A stretch of 64,000 nt of DNA from an uncultured Acidimicrobiia bacterium (lineage in GTDB: Bacteria > Actinomycetota > Acidimicrobiia > Acidimicrobiales > CAIXPF01), in contig CAIXPF010000020.1 of NCBI GenBank assembly GCA_903921205.1, forward strand, positions 18,775-82,774. The letters run 5' to 3'. Under the pieces are notes generated by a model. The model searched no databases. It was not told the origin of the DNA and was given only the letters and a program-made list of their open reading frames with translations. Shown here one piece after another: positions 9,910 through 19,271 of the stretch; positions within the stretch are counted from its first letter, which is position 1; each line of letters starts with the position of its first letter. A program made the translations under genes and the position numbers.

Positions 9910-10761
9910 TCAGCGGCTGGTTCGGGCGTCGATCTTGGCGAACGCGGCCCGGGTGGCCAGCATGCCGTCGACGGCGCGGGGGAACCCGGCGTAGAGGCAC
10001 ATCTGCACCATGACCTCCTCGATCTCGGTTCGGCTGAGGCCGTGGTTGAGGCCCCCGGGAACGTGGACCCCGAGCTCGTGGGCCTGACCGAGGGCCGCCA
10101 GGATGGCGATCACGCACAGGGACCGGTCACGGCGGCTCAGCTGCGGGCGCGACCAGATCTCGCCGAAGGCGAACCGGAACGCCAGTGCCCCGACATCGCC
10201 GAGCAGGCCGACCATGTTGGCCATGTCGGTCGCGGGGTCCGATGCGGCGCGGCCGGCGGTGAGGGTGCGACGCACGTCGGCGGCCCGTTCGTCGCGGGTG
10301 GCGTCGTCGAGATGCTCGGCGCCCTCGCGCTCGCGGCGGGTTCCCGGCGGGTTGCCGTCGATCTTGTTGTAGGCATTGTCCACGTGCCGCACCGAGCTCA
10401 TGGCGGCGGGGAAGCCGGCATAGGCGGCGACGTGCAGCAGCAGCTCGTCGATTTCGACGCGGGTCATGCCGTGGTTGAGGGCGTTGGCGACGTGCAGCTC
10501 GAGTTCCTCGTCGCGCGCCTGCGCCATCAGCACCGACACCACGACCAGGCTGCGGTCGCGGCGCGACAGCTGCGGACGCGCCCACAGATCACCCATCACC
10601 GCGCTCGACGCGAAGGTGCCCAGGGCGCCGAGACGGCGTTCCATGCCGTTGGCGATCTTGCCGGCGGTGGCCTCGTCGACCCCGATCATGGTGCCGAGGA
10701 CCTCGCGCGCGTCGGCGCTGCGCTGGTCCCAGTTCCGTGTGCTCGACACGCCGTCGCTCAT
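9910..10761 (-). CDS. Tandem carboxymuconolactone decarboxylase (CMD/AhpD-like) domain protein
   Basis: Track ORF 9910-11346 trimmed to ATG 10761 (MSDGVSS) with SD AAGGGGGA. It has two repeats of the CMD pattern (W.RP.LSRRDRSL...LNHG.TR.EI.E...Y.GFP). Confidence 0.8.
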   Translation of the reverse strand: MSDGVSSTRNWDQRSADAREVLGTMIGVDEATAGKIANGMERRLGALGTFASSAVMGDLWARPQLSRRDRSLVVVSVLMAQARDEELELHVANALNHGMTRVEIDELLLHVAAYAGFPAAMSSVRHVDNAYNKIDGNPPGTRREREGAEHLDDATRDERAADVRRTLTAGRAASDPATDMANMVGLLGDVGALAFRFAFGEIWSRPQLSRRDRSLCVIAILAALGQAHELGVHVPGGLNHGLSRTEIEEVMVQMCLYAGFPRAVDGMLATRAAFAKIDARTSR

Positions 10762-10870
10762 GGTTCCCCCTTCGTCCGCCGGTCCGGGCCGGCGCTGGCT
10801 GTCACGGTCTCGCCGACAGAACCGGCCGTTGGTGGCCGTGGCGGCGGCCGTATCGTAGGACGCCGGGCGT

Positions 10871-11782
10871 TCAGCTGCGCTCGGGTGCCAGCACCTCGGC
10901 GGCGAAATGCTCGAGCTGCTCGACCAGACGGGACCGGCCACCCTCCAGTGCCGCGGGCGACATGGCCGACAGCACCAGGTCGGTGACGCCGATCTCGCGG
11001 TAGCGGCCGACGGCGTCGCGCAGCTGCTCGGCGGTGCCGTGCATCGGGGCGCGGGGCGGTCGGTCCCTCGGTCCGGTCCACAGGTCGAGGTCGAGACAGG
11101 CGTGGACCCGGAAGCCGTCGAGGCGTGAGCGGCCGGCGGCGGCCAGCTCGGCGTCGATGACCGGCAGGCGCTTGGCCATGCTCTCCGGTGGCAGGCGCAT
11201 CGGATGCCAGCCCTGCCACCGCGCTGCCCTTCGTAGGGCCGGTGCACGGTTGCCGCCGACCAGGATCGGTGGATGCGGTGAACGGAACGGCTTGGGGGTG
11301 CAGACCACGTCGGCGAAGTCCCAGCGCTCACCGTGCACGGTGGCACTGCCGGGGGCCCACAGCGCGGCCATGACCATCAGGAACTCGTCGGTGAACGCGC
11401 CACGCTCGTGGTAGGGCACGCCGAGCGCGGCGTTCTCCTCGGGCAGGCTGCCGACGCCGACGCCGACGAGCAGCCGGCCCTTGCTGAGGTGATCGAGCGT
11501 GGCGAGCTGCTTGGCCAGGTTGACCGGGTGCAGGTAGGGGAGCACCAGGACGCTGGTACCGAGCTCGACCCGCTCGGTCTTGGCGGCGGCCCAGGTGAGC
11601 ACGGTGAGGGCGTCGTGATAGGGCCGGTCGCCGAGACGTTCGCGCACGTAGCCGATGTTGAGCACGTGGTGCGCCACCCACACCGAGTCGAAGCCGAGGC
11701 GTTCGCAGTCGACGGCCACCTCGGCGACCTCGTCGGGATCGGTGACCCCCATGTTGTTGGGCAGGGTGAAGCCGAAGCGCAT
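10871..11782 (-). CDS. LLM-class flavin/F420-dependent oxidoreductase
   Basis: Track ORF 10871-11992 trimmed to ATG 11782 (MRFGFTLPN). Motifs FDSVWVAHH and GVGVGSLPEE. Confidence 0.75.
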   Translation of the reverse strand: MRFGFTLPNNMGVTDPDEVAEVAVDCERLGFDSVWVAHHVLNIGYVRERLGDRPYHDALTVLTWAAAKTERVELGTSVLVLPYLHPVNLAKQLATLDHLSKGRLLVGVGVGSLPEENAALGVPYHERGAFTDEFLMVMAALWAPGSATVHGERWDFADVVCTPKPFRSPHPPILVGGNRAPALRRAARWQGWHPMRLPPESMAKRLPVIDAELAAAGRSRLDGFRVHACLDLDLWTGPRDRPPRAPMHGTAEQLRDAVGRYREIGVTDLVLSAMSPAALEGGRSRLVEQLEHFAAEVLAPERS

Positions 11783-11857
11783 GGCCCCATCATCGCTCGC
11801 CGTGCCGGGAGCGGCGTTCCGTTCCGGCAGGATTCGAAAGAGAAGTAGATTTTCGGC

Positions 11858-13519
11858 ATGAGCGACATCAGCACCGTTTCCGGCAGGCGGGCCGAGCAGG
11901 CCGATCAGGCCGATCAGATCGAGCATCACGACGTGGTGGTGATCGGTGCCGGTGTGTGCGGGATCTTCATGCTGTACCGGCTGCTCGAGCACGGCTTCGA
12001 CGCCACGGTGCTCGAGGCCGGGAGCGACGTCGGGGGAACCTGGTACTGGAACCGCTACCCGGGCGCCCGCTTCGACTCCGAGAGCTACACCTACGGCTAC
12101 TCGTTCTCCGAGGAGCTCCTACAGGAATGGAACTGGAGCGAGCACTTCGCCCCCCAGCCCGAGACGTTGCGGTACCTGCAGCACGTGGTCGCCAAGTTCG
12201 ACCTGCGGCCCCACATGCAGTTCGGCTGCCGGGTGGCTCGCAACACCTACGACGAGGCCTCGAACACCTGGACCGTGGAGCTGCAGGACGGCCGTCGCGT
12301 GAGCTGCCGGGTGCTGATGACGGCCATCGGCCTGCTGTCGGCGGCAACCCTGCCCCGCTACCCGGGCGTAGAGAGCTTCGCCGGTCGGTCCTTCCACACC
12401 TACAACTGGCCGCACGAGCCGGTGGACTTCACCGGCAAGCGGGTGGCGGTGATCGGTACCGGTGCGACCGGCGTTCAGGTCATTTCCGCCATCGCCGACC
12501 GGGTGGGTGAGCTGACCGTGTTCCAGCGTCGACCGAACTGGTGTGCGCCGCTGCACAACCGCCCGATCACCGAGGCGGAGATGGCCGACATCAAGTCGCG
12601 CTACGACGAGATCTTCGCCCGCTGCCGCGAGACGCCGGGCGGCTTCATCCACGGCCCCGTACGGCAGAGCATGTTCGAGGTGCCCGAGGAGGAGCGGCTG
12701 GCGTTCTGGGAGGAGCTGTACGCCTCGCCGGGCTTCGGGGTGTGGCTGGGCAACTACATCGACATGCTGATGGACGAGAGGGCGAACGCCGAGTTCACCC
12801 GCTTCATCGCCGACAAGATCCGGGCGCGGGTGAACGACCCGGAAGTCGCCGAGAAGCTGATCCCCAAGGACCACGGGTTCGGGACCCGGCGGGTGCCGAT
12901 GGAGACCCGGTACTTCGAGGCCTACAACCGCGACAACGTGCACCTCGTCGACATCAACGAGACCCCGATCGAGGAGATCACCCCGACCGGCATCCGTACC
13001 TCGGCGCAGGCCTACGAGTTCGACATCATCGTGTACGCCACCGGCTTCGACGCCATCACCGGCTCGTTCGACCGGATGGAGTTCGTCGGGGTCGGCGGTC
13101 GCACGCTGCGCGAGAAGTGGGCGGAGGGGCCGGTCACCTACCTCGGGTTGGGTGCGTCGGGGTTCCCGAACCTGCTGACCCTCGCCGGCCCGACGGCCGG
13201 TTCGGTGTCGACCAACTTCCCCCGCGGCATCGAGGAGGCGGTGGACTGGACGACCCGGTTGCTGCTGTTCATGCGGGAACACGGCTACGAACGCATCGAG
13301 CCCACCGCCCCGGCCGAGCGGGAGTGGACCGACCACGTCAAGGAGATGTACGCCGGCCTGCTGCTCAGCAACGCCCGCTCGTGGATGACCGGCTACAACT
13401 CCAACGTCGAGGGCCACGACCGTGTGCGTCACGTCATCTACAACGGTGGGGCCCCGCGGTTCCGCAAGCGGCTGGCCCGGGTGGCCGAGCACGGCTACGA
13501 GGGGTTCTCCTTCGCCTGA
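11858..13519 (+). CDS. Type I Baeyer-Villiger monooxygenase (cyclohexanone-monooxygenase-like)
   Basis: 553 aa. Motifs VVIGAGVCG and DVGGTWYWNRYPG, the canonical fingerprint FAGRSFHTYNWP, and VIGTGATGVQ. Confidence 0.9.
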   Translation: MSDISTVSGRRAEQADQADQIEHHDVVVIGAGVCGIFMLYRLLEHGFDATVLEAGSDVGGTWYWNRYPGARFDSESYTYGYSFSEELLQEWNWSEHFAPQPETLRYLQHVVAKFDLRPHMQFGCRVARNTYDEASNTWTVELQDGRRVSCRVLMTAIGLLSAATLPRYPGVESFAGRSFHTYNWPHEPVDFTGKRVAVIGTGATGVQVISAIADRVGELTVFQRRPNWCAPLHNRPITEAEMADIKSRYDEIFARCRETPGGFIHGPVRQSMFEVPEEERLAFWEELYASPGFGVWLGNYIDMLMDERANAEFTRFIADKIRARVNDPEVAEKLIPKDHGFGTRRVPMETRYFEAYNRDNVHLVDINETPIEEITPTGIRTSAQAYEFDIIVYATGFDAITGSFDRMEFVGVGGRTLREKWAEGPVTYLGLGASGFPNLLTLAGPTAGSVSTNFPRGIEEAVDWTTRLLLFMREHGYERIEPTAPAEREWTDHVKEMYAGLLLSNARSWMTGYNSNVEGHDRVRHVIYNGGAPRFRKRLARVAEHGYEGFSFA

Positions 13520-13573
13520 GCGCGAAGGGCCCCACAGCACCTGCGGTCGACGGTCCGCTCGTTGCCCGAGGTC

Positions 13574-14329
13574 TCAGCCGCCCTGGCGGGGAGGGCGAGG
13601 CCAGCCGTTGGCGGTGGCGCGTTCCCAGTCCGCCGCGGCTCCCCGCCGTACCGCGCGGTACACCGCACGGGCGGTGCGCGAGCCCCAGTAGGAACGCGGT
13701 CCGCCGAACGATCGGCGTCCGTCGGTATCGGGTCCGTCGGTGTCGGGTTGCGGCCCGGCGTCGACGGCCGGCGCCGGCGCGTCGCACGCCACGCAGATGG
13801 CGTCCGACGCAGTGCCGGTCCCGGCCACCCCGGCGTCGACGAGGGCTTGCACCTTGGCCTCGGTGGCCGTGGCCAGCAGGTTCACCAGCGCCCCGTCGCC
13901 GAGCCGGTCGGGCACGACCACAAGGATGTTGATTGTGCCGACGGGCGGCATGGTGCCGGACGCCGGATCGGGGACGGTGACGATCGGCGGCGGCGCCGCA
14001 GCCCAGGTCGGCCAGCCCAGCCCGACCGTGGCGAGCACGGCCACGCCGTCGTCCTCCTCGTGTTCGACGGTGACCACGTCCACCGCGGTCAGCATCCCCA
14101 CGCCCGGGCCGCGCAGCGCCGACGCGTCGGCGAGTTCGCGGACATGGGCGGCGGGGTCGAACCGGTCGTAATCGGCATGCACCTGGGCGTTGAGAAACCA
14201 GTGCATCGGCCCGATACCCCCGCCCACCAACGCCGTGGACACCGCCCGCAGCGGCTGCGCCGGTTTCCACCACAGCACCGAGAGGTCCTGGCCCTGTTCG
14301 TGACGTTGGGCGAACGCAGGGTTGATCAC
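13574..14329 (-). CDS. cbiZ: Adenosylcobinamide amidohydrolase (CbiZ-like)
   Basis: 251 aa. The sequence is CbiZ-like (VSTALVGGGIG...FLNAQV...TINILVVV...TATEAKVQAL). It is the last gene of the riboswitch-controlled importer operon, with a GTGA overlap onto the ATPase gene. Confidence 0.7.
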   Translation of the reverse strand: MINPAFAQRHEQGQDLSVLWWKPAQPLRAVSTALVGGGIGPMHWFLNAQVHADYDRFDPAAHVRELADASALRGPGVGMLTAVDVVTVEHEEDDGVAVLATVGLGWPTWAAAPPPIVTVPDPASGTMPPVGTINILVVVPDRLGDGALVNLLATATEAKVQALVDAGVAGTGTASDAICVACDAPAPAVDAGPQPDTDGPDTDGRRSFGGPRSYWGSRTARAVYRAVRRGAAADWERATANGWPRPPRQGG

Positions 14330-15189
14330 GTCGCCTCCGGCGGGTCGGCTGCATCGACGCGGCGCGTGTGCTGGCCGCCGGTTCCCCGGGTCGGCACCAC
14401 GATGAGCCGATCCCCGTCGTGCAGTACCCGCACCGAGGCCCGGTAGTACCGCGACAGCGTCACCTCGGTCAGCACGTCCTGCGGCGGCCCGCTCGCGGCC
14501 ACCGCGCCGTCGGCCAGGAGCACCACCTGGTCGGCGTACTGACCGGCCAGGGTCAGGTCGTGCATCGTCGACAGGACGGTGAGACCGGCCTCGCGCCGCA
14601 GCGTGTCGACGAGGTCGAGTACGTCGATCTGGTGGCCGATGTCCAACGAGCTCGTCGGTTCGTCGAGCAGCAGCACCGGCGCTTCCTGGACCAACGCCCG
14701 GGCGATGGCGACCCGCTGGGCCTCACCGCCGGAGAGCGAGGTGAGCCGGCGCGGGGCGAGAGACGCCGCACCGAGTCGGTCGAGAACGGCGCCGACGGCG
14801 CGCAGGTCCGATCGCGACTCCCGGGCGAAGGGGCCCATATGGGCCAGGCGGCCGAGCAGGACGTAGGAGCCCACCGTCATCCCGGGCGGCAGGACCGGGC
14901 TCTGCGGGACCAGCGCCAGGTGGCCTGCACGCTGGCGGGCGCTGAGGGTGCTGGTACGTACCCCGCCGACCTCGACGGTGCCCCGGTGCTCGACGAGGCC
15001 CATCACCGCCCGCAGCAGGGTCGACTTGCCGGCGCCGTTCGCCCCCACGACCGTCGTCCAGCCACCCGGAGCGACGCAGACCGAGACGTTGCGCAGCACG
15101 TCGCGCCCGGCGAGCTGCACCGAGATCTCACGCAGGGTGACCCCGCTCGGTGCCGGCCGTGTGCGCCGGGTGGCCACGGTCTGGCTCAT
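14326..15189 (-). CDS. ABC transporter ATP-binding protein (FecE/BtuD-like)
   Basis: Track ORF 14326-16173 trimmed to ATG 15189 (MSQTVATRR), with an ATGA overlap onto the permease stop. Walker A GANGAGKST, signature LSGGEAQR, Walker B LLLDEP. Confidence 0.9.
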   Translation of the reverse strand: MSQTVATRRTRPAPSGVTLREISVQLAGRDVLRNVSVCVAPGGWTTVVGANGAGKSTLLRAVMGLVEHRGTVEVGGVRTSTLSARQRAGHLALVPQSPVLPPGMTVGSYVLLGRLAHMGPFARESRSDLRAVGAVLDRLGAASLAPRRLTSLSGGEAQRVAIARALVQEAPVLLLDEPTSSLDIGHQIDVLDLVDTLRREAGLTVLSTMHDLTLAGQYADQVVLLADGAVAASGPPQDVLTEVTLSRYYRASVRVLHDGDRLIVVPTRGTGGQHTRRVDAADPPEAT

Positions 15190-16385
15190 CGGTCCTGGCG
15201 GCCGGCGGAGCGCAGTACGAGCACGAAGAACGGGGCACCGAGGAACGCCGTCACCACACCGATGGGCAGCTCGGCGGGTGCGAGCACGGTGCGGGCGACG
15301 AGGTCGGTCATGGCCAGAAAGGCCGCGCCGAACAGCAGCGACAACGGGAGCACGACCCGGGCACTCGAACCCATCAGCATTCGCACCAGGTGCGGCACGA
15401 TGATGCCGACGAAGACGATCAGCCCGCTCACGGCGACCGCCGCGGCGGTGCCCAGGGTGGCGGCGAGGACCACCACGAGTCGGATCCGTCTCGGGTCCGC
15501 ACCCAGCGAGGTCGCCTCGTCGTCGCCGACGGCGAGGACGTCGAGCCGCCGTCGGTAGGCGAGCAGCACGGCGAGGGCGATCACGGCGTACGGCAGGAAC
15601 AGCAGGACGTCGTGCCAGCCCGAGGTCGACAACCGTCCGAGGATCCACGAGTACACCCGGCGGATGTCCTCCTGGTTGCGTTGCTGCAGGTAGGTCTGCA
15701 TTGCGGTGAAGAACGCAGAGACCGCCACGCCCGCCAGTACCAGGGCGATCGGCGCGTTGCCCCGGGCACCCGCTGCGCCGAGGAGGTAGGTCAGCCCCAT
15801 CGCCACCAGGCCGCCGATGAACGCGCCGAGTGGGACCAGGGCGGGCGACGCCCACGAGCCGTCCGAGACCAGCAGCAACGTGGCCCCGAAGCCCGCGCCG
15901 CCGGCGACGCCGAGCAGGTACGGATCGGCGAGCGGGTTGCGGAAGGTGGCCTGGTAGGCCCCGCCCGCGGTGGACAGCACCGCTCCGACGAGCAGGCCGA
16001 GCACCACCCGGGGCAACCGGAACTCCCACACGATGGTCCGCTCGGTGTCCGACAGCCCGGAGGGCAGGCGCAGCAGCTCGCGCACCACCGAGCCGGCCCC
16101 GAGCCGTACCGGTCCGATCATGACCCCGGCGACCAGGGCGATCGCCACCGCCAGGAAGCCTGCAGCCAGCCATGGACGCGACAGCCGCTCCGGCCCGATC
16201 AGCGGTTCGTCGACGCCGGCCGCGGCGGCGGTCCCGGCCGGCGACGGAACGGCAGCCGGGGGAGACGTGCGTGGCGCCTCGGTTGCCGCGTCCGGTCCCG
16301 TGCGGTCGTCGGTGGGCGCGTCCGGCCCGGCAGCATCCGGGCTGGTCGCCACCGCCGCGTCGGTCACGGGACCAGCGGGCTTCAC
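15186..16385 (-). CDS. FecCD-family ABC permease (BtuC-like)
   Basis: 399 aa and multi-TM. The sequence is typical of the family (RLPRVVLGLLVGA...GGAYQ...RNPLADP...IGVVTAFLGAPFF). The N-terminus is low-complexity. GTGA overlap with the upstream gene. Confidence 0.9.
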   Translation of the reverse strand: MKPAGPVTDAAVATSPDAAGPDAPTDDRTGPDAATEAPRTSPPAAVPSPAGTAAAAGVDEPLIGPERLSRPWLAAGFLAVAIALVAGVMIGPVRLGAGSVVRELLRLPSGLSDTERTIVWEFRLPRVVLGLLVGAVLSTAGGAYQATFRNPLADPYLLGVAGGAGFGATLLLVSDGSWASPALVPLGAFIGGLVAMGLTYLLGAAGARGNAPIALVLAGVAVSAFFTAMQTYLQQRNQEDIRRVYSWILGRLSTSGWHDVLLFLPYAVIALAVLLAYRRRLDVLAVGDDEATSLGADPRRIRLVVVLAATLGTAAAVAVSGLIVFVGIIVPHLVRMLMGSSARVVLPLSLLFGAAFLAMTDLVARTVLAPAELPIGVVTAFLGAPFFVLVLRSAGRQDR

Positions 16386-17329
16386 TTGGCGACGGGCTGC
16401 TTGGTGACGGCGTCAGCGACGGCGCGGAGGAACTCGACGATGCGCGGGCCCCAGCGGGCGGCGATGTCGTCGTCGAGCTCGACCACCGAACCGGAGGACA
16501 CCGCCTTCAGCTTCGACCAGCCCGGACGAGCCCCGACGGTGGCCTTGCTCTGCCCGCAGCACTTGGTGTCGCCCAGGAAGATCAGGTCGGGGTTGGCGCT
16601 GACCAGGTACTCCTGGGACAGCTGGGGGTAGCCGGAGCCGTCCTTGTCGGCCGCATCGGCGATGTTGGTCAGCCCGGCCAGCGAGTACAGCGACCCGATG
16701 AAGGTCTTGGACGTCGCGCTGTAGAGCGTGTCGTCGAGCTCGTGGTAGTAGGTCGGCTTGGTCGTCCGTTTGGGGAGTCCGGCGACGATTTTGTCGATCT
16801 CGCTCTGCATCGAGGCCACGACCTTGGCGGCGGCTGCGGTGTGGCCGGTGGCCGTGCCGAGCAGAGCGATCTGGGCGTAGCTGTCCTTGATCGTCTCGGC
16901 GGCGGGAAGGACCAGCAGCGGCACCTTGGCCTTGGCAAGGCCGTCGACCAGCTCGGGCACGGCGTCGGCGACCACCACCAGATCAGGGTTCATCCCGACG
17001 ACGGCCTCGACGTTGGGGGTGAAGCCGGACAGGTCGGTCATCGGTGCGTCCGCCGGGTAGTTGGACTGGTCGTCGACCGCCTTGACCTGCTTGCCGGCGT
17101 CGATGGCGAAGAGCATCTCCGTCGCCGTCGGCGACAGCGACACGATGTGGACCGGCTCGGCCTTGATGGTGACGGGGCCCTCGTTGGTATCGAGTTGCAC
17201 CGGGAAGGCGCCGGCCTCGGCCGACGGTGTCGCCTTGGCGTCGTCGCTGCCACCGGATGAGCAGGCCGGGGCCACCAGTGCCAGGGCGAAGGTTCCCGCC
17301 AGCGCGATGCGGCGGATGGGAAGGGTCAT
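16382..17329 (-). CDS. Periplasmic-binding-protein-type lipoprotein (BtuF/siderophore-binding family)
   Basis: 315 aa. Lipobox LVAPAC, then IVSLSPTATEMLFAI...NPDLVV...NPDLIFL. SD AGGAGG upstream. Confidence 0.85.
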   Translation of the reverse strand: MTLPIRRIALAGTFALALVAPACSSGGSDDAKATPSAEAGAFPVQLDTNEGPVTIKAEPVHIVSLSPTATEMLFAIDAGKQVKAVDDQSNYPADAPMTDLSGFTPNVEAVVGMNPDLVVVADAVPELVDGLAKAKVPLLVLPAAETIKDSYAQIALLGTATGHTAAAAKVVASMQSEIDKIVAGLPKRTTKPTYYHELDDTLYSATSKTFIGSLYSLAGLTNIADAADKDGSGYPQLSQEYLVSANPDLIFLGDTKCCGQSKATVGARPGWSKLKAVSSGSVVELDDDIAARWGPRIVEFLRAVADAVTKQPVAK

Positions 17330-17344
17330 GGAAGCCTCCTGTCG

Positions 17345-17570
17345 GTCGAGGATCCCGCTCGCCGACAGTGGCCGTGCCCTGCCGTACGAATCGCTCTATC
17401 CTCGAGAGCGGTGTTCGTCGAAAAACCGCTACGGCAGGCGACCTGGCTCGTCTCCCACCCGGGATCGGGTCGGAGAACCACAGTTGCGGGACAGCGCCGG
17501 GATCACACCGGACTTCGCTGACCGTTCGGTTGCGGCGCACTGTAGCCGCGAACCCCTTGCGGCACCCGTC
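17345..17570 (-). promoter_or_regulatory. Cobalamin (B12) riboswitch leader of the btuFCD-like/cbiZ operon
   Basis: The reverse complement contains the conserved core AAGTCCGGTGTGATCCCGGCGCTGTCCCGCAACTGT (17480-17515) and a B12-box-like GAGCCAGGTCGCCTGCC (17433-17449). Downstream helices follow, for example CCTGCCGTA...TACGGCAGG, ending at the SD of the binding-protein gene. Confidence 0.8.
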
Positions 17571-17623
17571 AGCCCCGGCGCCACGACCGGCGTGAGGTCG
17601 GCAGGTGCCGTGGGACGGGCCGA

Positions 17624-18493
17624 TCAGGCGTAGTTGACGGCCAGTTCCGACTCACGCTCGCCGGCGATGCGGGTGTGCCACATGCGGCGCGGCTCGGTCA
17701 GGTCGAACTCGGTGGCGCAGTGCAGCAGCCGCCGGTTGTCCCACACGATGGCGTCGCCCTCGGTCCACCGGTGGAAGTGCACCCGGGGCGGTCGGCAGGC
17801 CTCGACGACCAGCCGGTCGAGCAATGCCTCGGACTCGGCGGGTTCCATCCCGATGATGCCGTAGGCATGGCGGCCGATGCACAGGTTGGGCCGACCGGTC
17901 TCGGGGTGGATCTTCACCAGCGGCCGGAGGCAGGGCTCGCCGTCGTGGTAGCCGTACTGGTCATAGCCGCCACGGTCGTTGGTCTTGGACGGCAGGTACC
18001 CGGCCCGACCCTGGCTGTAATACAGCGAGTGGTAGGCCTGCAGCCCGGCGAGCTGCTGCTGGGTGTCGGCGTCGAGGGCCTCGTAGGCGGCCCGCATGTC
18101 GGCGAACCCGGTCGGGGCGCCGCAGCTCGGCACGATCTCGGCGGTGAAGACGGCACCCTTCGCCTGCACCGGCATGTAGGTGCTGTCGTGGTGCCAGCCC
18201 TCGTTGCCGCGGATGCCCTTGACCACGTCGTCGTCGGGCGCGCTGTGGATCCGCCCGCTCTTGCCGACGTTGGAGATCGGTGCCGCGGCGAACTCGAGCT
18301 CGCCGAAGCGCAGCGCGAACTCGTTCTGCTCGTCACGGGTCAGGTGCTGCGCCGGGAAGATCAGCAGCCCGTACTCCAGCCAGGCTCGGCGGATGGCCTG
18401 CCAGGTCTGCCCGTCCAGCGAGCGCAACTCGAGGCCGCGTACGGTGGCGCCGAAACTGGCGTCGACCGGTTCGATGTCCAACGTTTCCCCCAT
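17624..18493 (-). CDS. TauD/TfdA-family Fe(II)/2-oxoglutarate dioxygenase
   Basis: Track ORF 17624-18532 trimmed to ATG 18493 (MGETLDIEP). Motifs WHHDSTY (HxD), WDNRRLLHCA and a distal Arg. Confidence 0.8.
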   Translation of the reverse strand: MGETLDIEPVDASFGATVRGLELRSLDGQTWQAIRRAWLEYGLLIFPAQHLTRDEQNEFALRFGELEFAAAPISNVGKSGRIHSAPDDDVVKGIRGNEGWHHDSTYMPVQAKGAVFTAEIVPSCGAPTGFADMRAAYEALDADTQQQLAGLQAYHSLYYSQGRAGYLPSKTNDRGGYDQYGYHDGEPCLRPLVKIHPETGRPNLCIGRHAYGIIGMEPAESEALLDRLVVEACRPPRVHFHRWTEGDAIVWDNRRLLHCATEFDLTEPRRMWHTRIAGERESELAVNYA

Positions 18494-18571
18494 GGGCGAA
18501 GCGTACGACCCGGGCGCCACCACGACAAGCAACCCGCCATGGACGTTCAGCCCGAGGTTCGGGCCGGCCGT

Positions 18572-19270
18572 TCAGATCGAGAAGTCGTCGCCGGACCACA
18601 CGCCTGCGGCCGACGGCCGCAGGGAGGTCAGCACCGGCGTGCCGCCGGCCGCGGTCTCGAGCTGGTCGAGTCGCGCGGTGAGCGACGCCAGGCTGGTGGC
18701 CACCAGATCGGGCATATGGCTGCCGTTGAGGTCGGGCTGGACCTCGGTCGGGCGGTTGCGGGTGCGCGAGATGACCTGGCCGGGCACACCGACCACCACC
18801 GAGTTGGGTGGTACCGGGCGGACCACGACGGCGTTGGCCCCGACCCGGCTGTCCGAGCCGACCTCGATCGGCCCGAGGATCTTGGCGCCGGCCCCGATCG
18901 TGACCCGGTCGCCGATCGTGGGATGACGCTTGCCTTTGGCCAGGCTGGTCCCGCCGAGGGTGACCCCGTGGTACATCATCACGTCCTCGCCGATCTCGGA
19001 GGTCTCACCGATCACCACGCCCATGCCGTGGTCGATGAACAGCCCGGGGCCGATCCGGGCCCCGGGGTGGATCTCGATCCCCGTGAACCAACGTGAGAAC
19101 TGCGACAGGGCCCGCGCCGGGAAGCGCAGCCCCCGGCTCCACAGGGCGTGGGCGCCACGATGCATCCAGACCGCGTGCAGGCCCGGGTAGAGCAGGGCCA
19201 CCTCGAGCGACGAACGCGCTGCAGGGTCCCGCTCCCGGGCCGATCGGAGATCGCGTCGCAGGGACGACAC
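18572..19270 (-). CDS. cysE: Serine O-acetyltransferase
   Basis: 232 aa. Left-handed beta-helix hexapeptide repeats ([31 protein letters not shown]...). The C-terminal residue is Ile (DDFSI), as used for docking into CysK. The start is 1 nt after the cysK stop. Confidence 0.85.
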   Translation of the reverse strand: MSSLRRDLRSARERDPAARSSLEVALLYPGLHAVWMHRGAHALWSRGLRFPARALSQFSRWFTGIEIHPGARIGPGLFIDHGMGVVIGETSEIGEDVMMYHGVTLGGTSLAKGKRHPTIGDRVTIGAGAKILGPIEVGSDSRVGANAVVVRPVPPNSVVVGVPGQVISRTRNRPTEVQPDLNGSHMPDLVATSLASLTARLDQLETAAGGTPVLTSLRPSAAGVWSGDDFSI

Positions 19271-19271
19271 G

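Noticed and set aside
9910-11346. Long N-terminal extensions given by the ORF track to several genes: 9910-11346, 14326-16173, 22368-25334, 28084-29535, 57168-58856, 58121-59434, 60688-62349, 61275-63326, 32132-33202 and 40006-41235.
   Set aside because: The extensions run through the neighbouring real gene in another frame and are Arg/Pro-rich. The recognisable domain begins at an internal ATG or GTG that has an SD or a 4-nt stop/start overlap. I trimmed these ORFs rather than calling them fusions.
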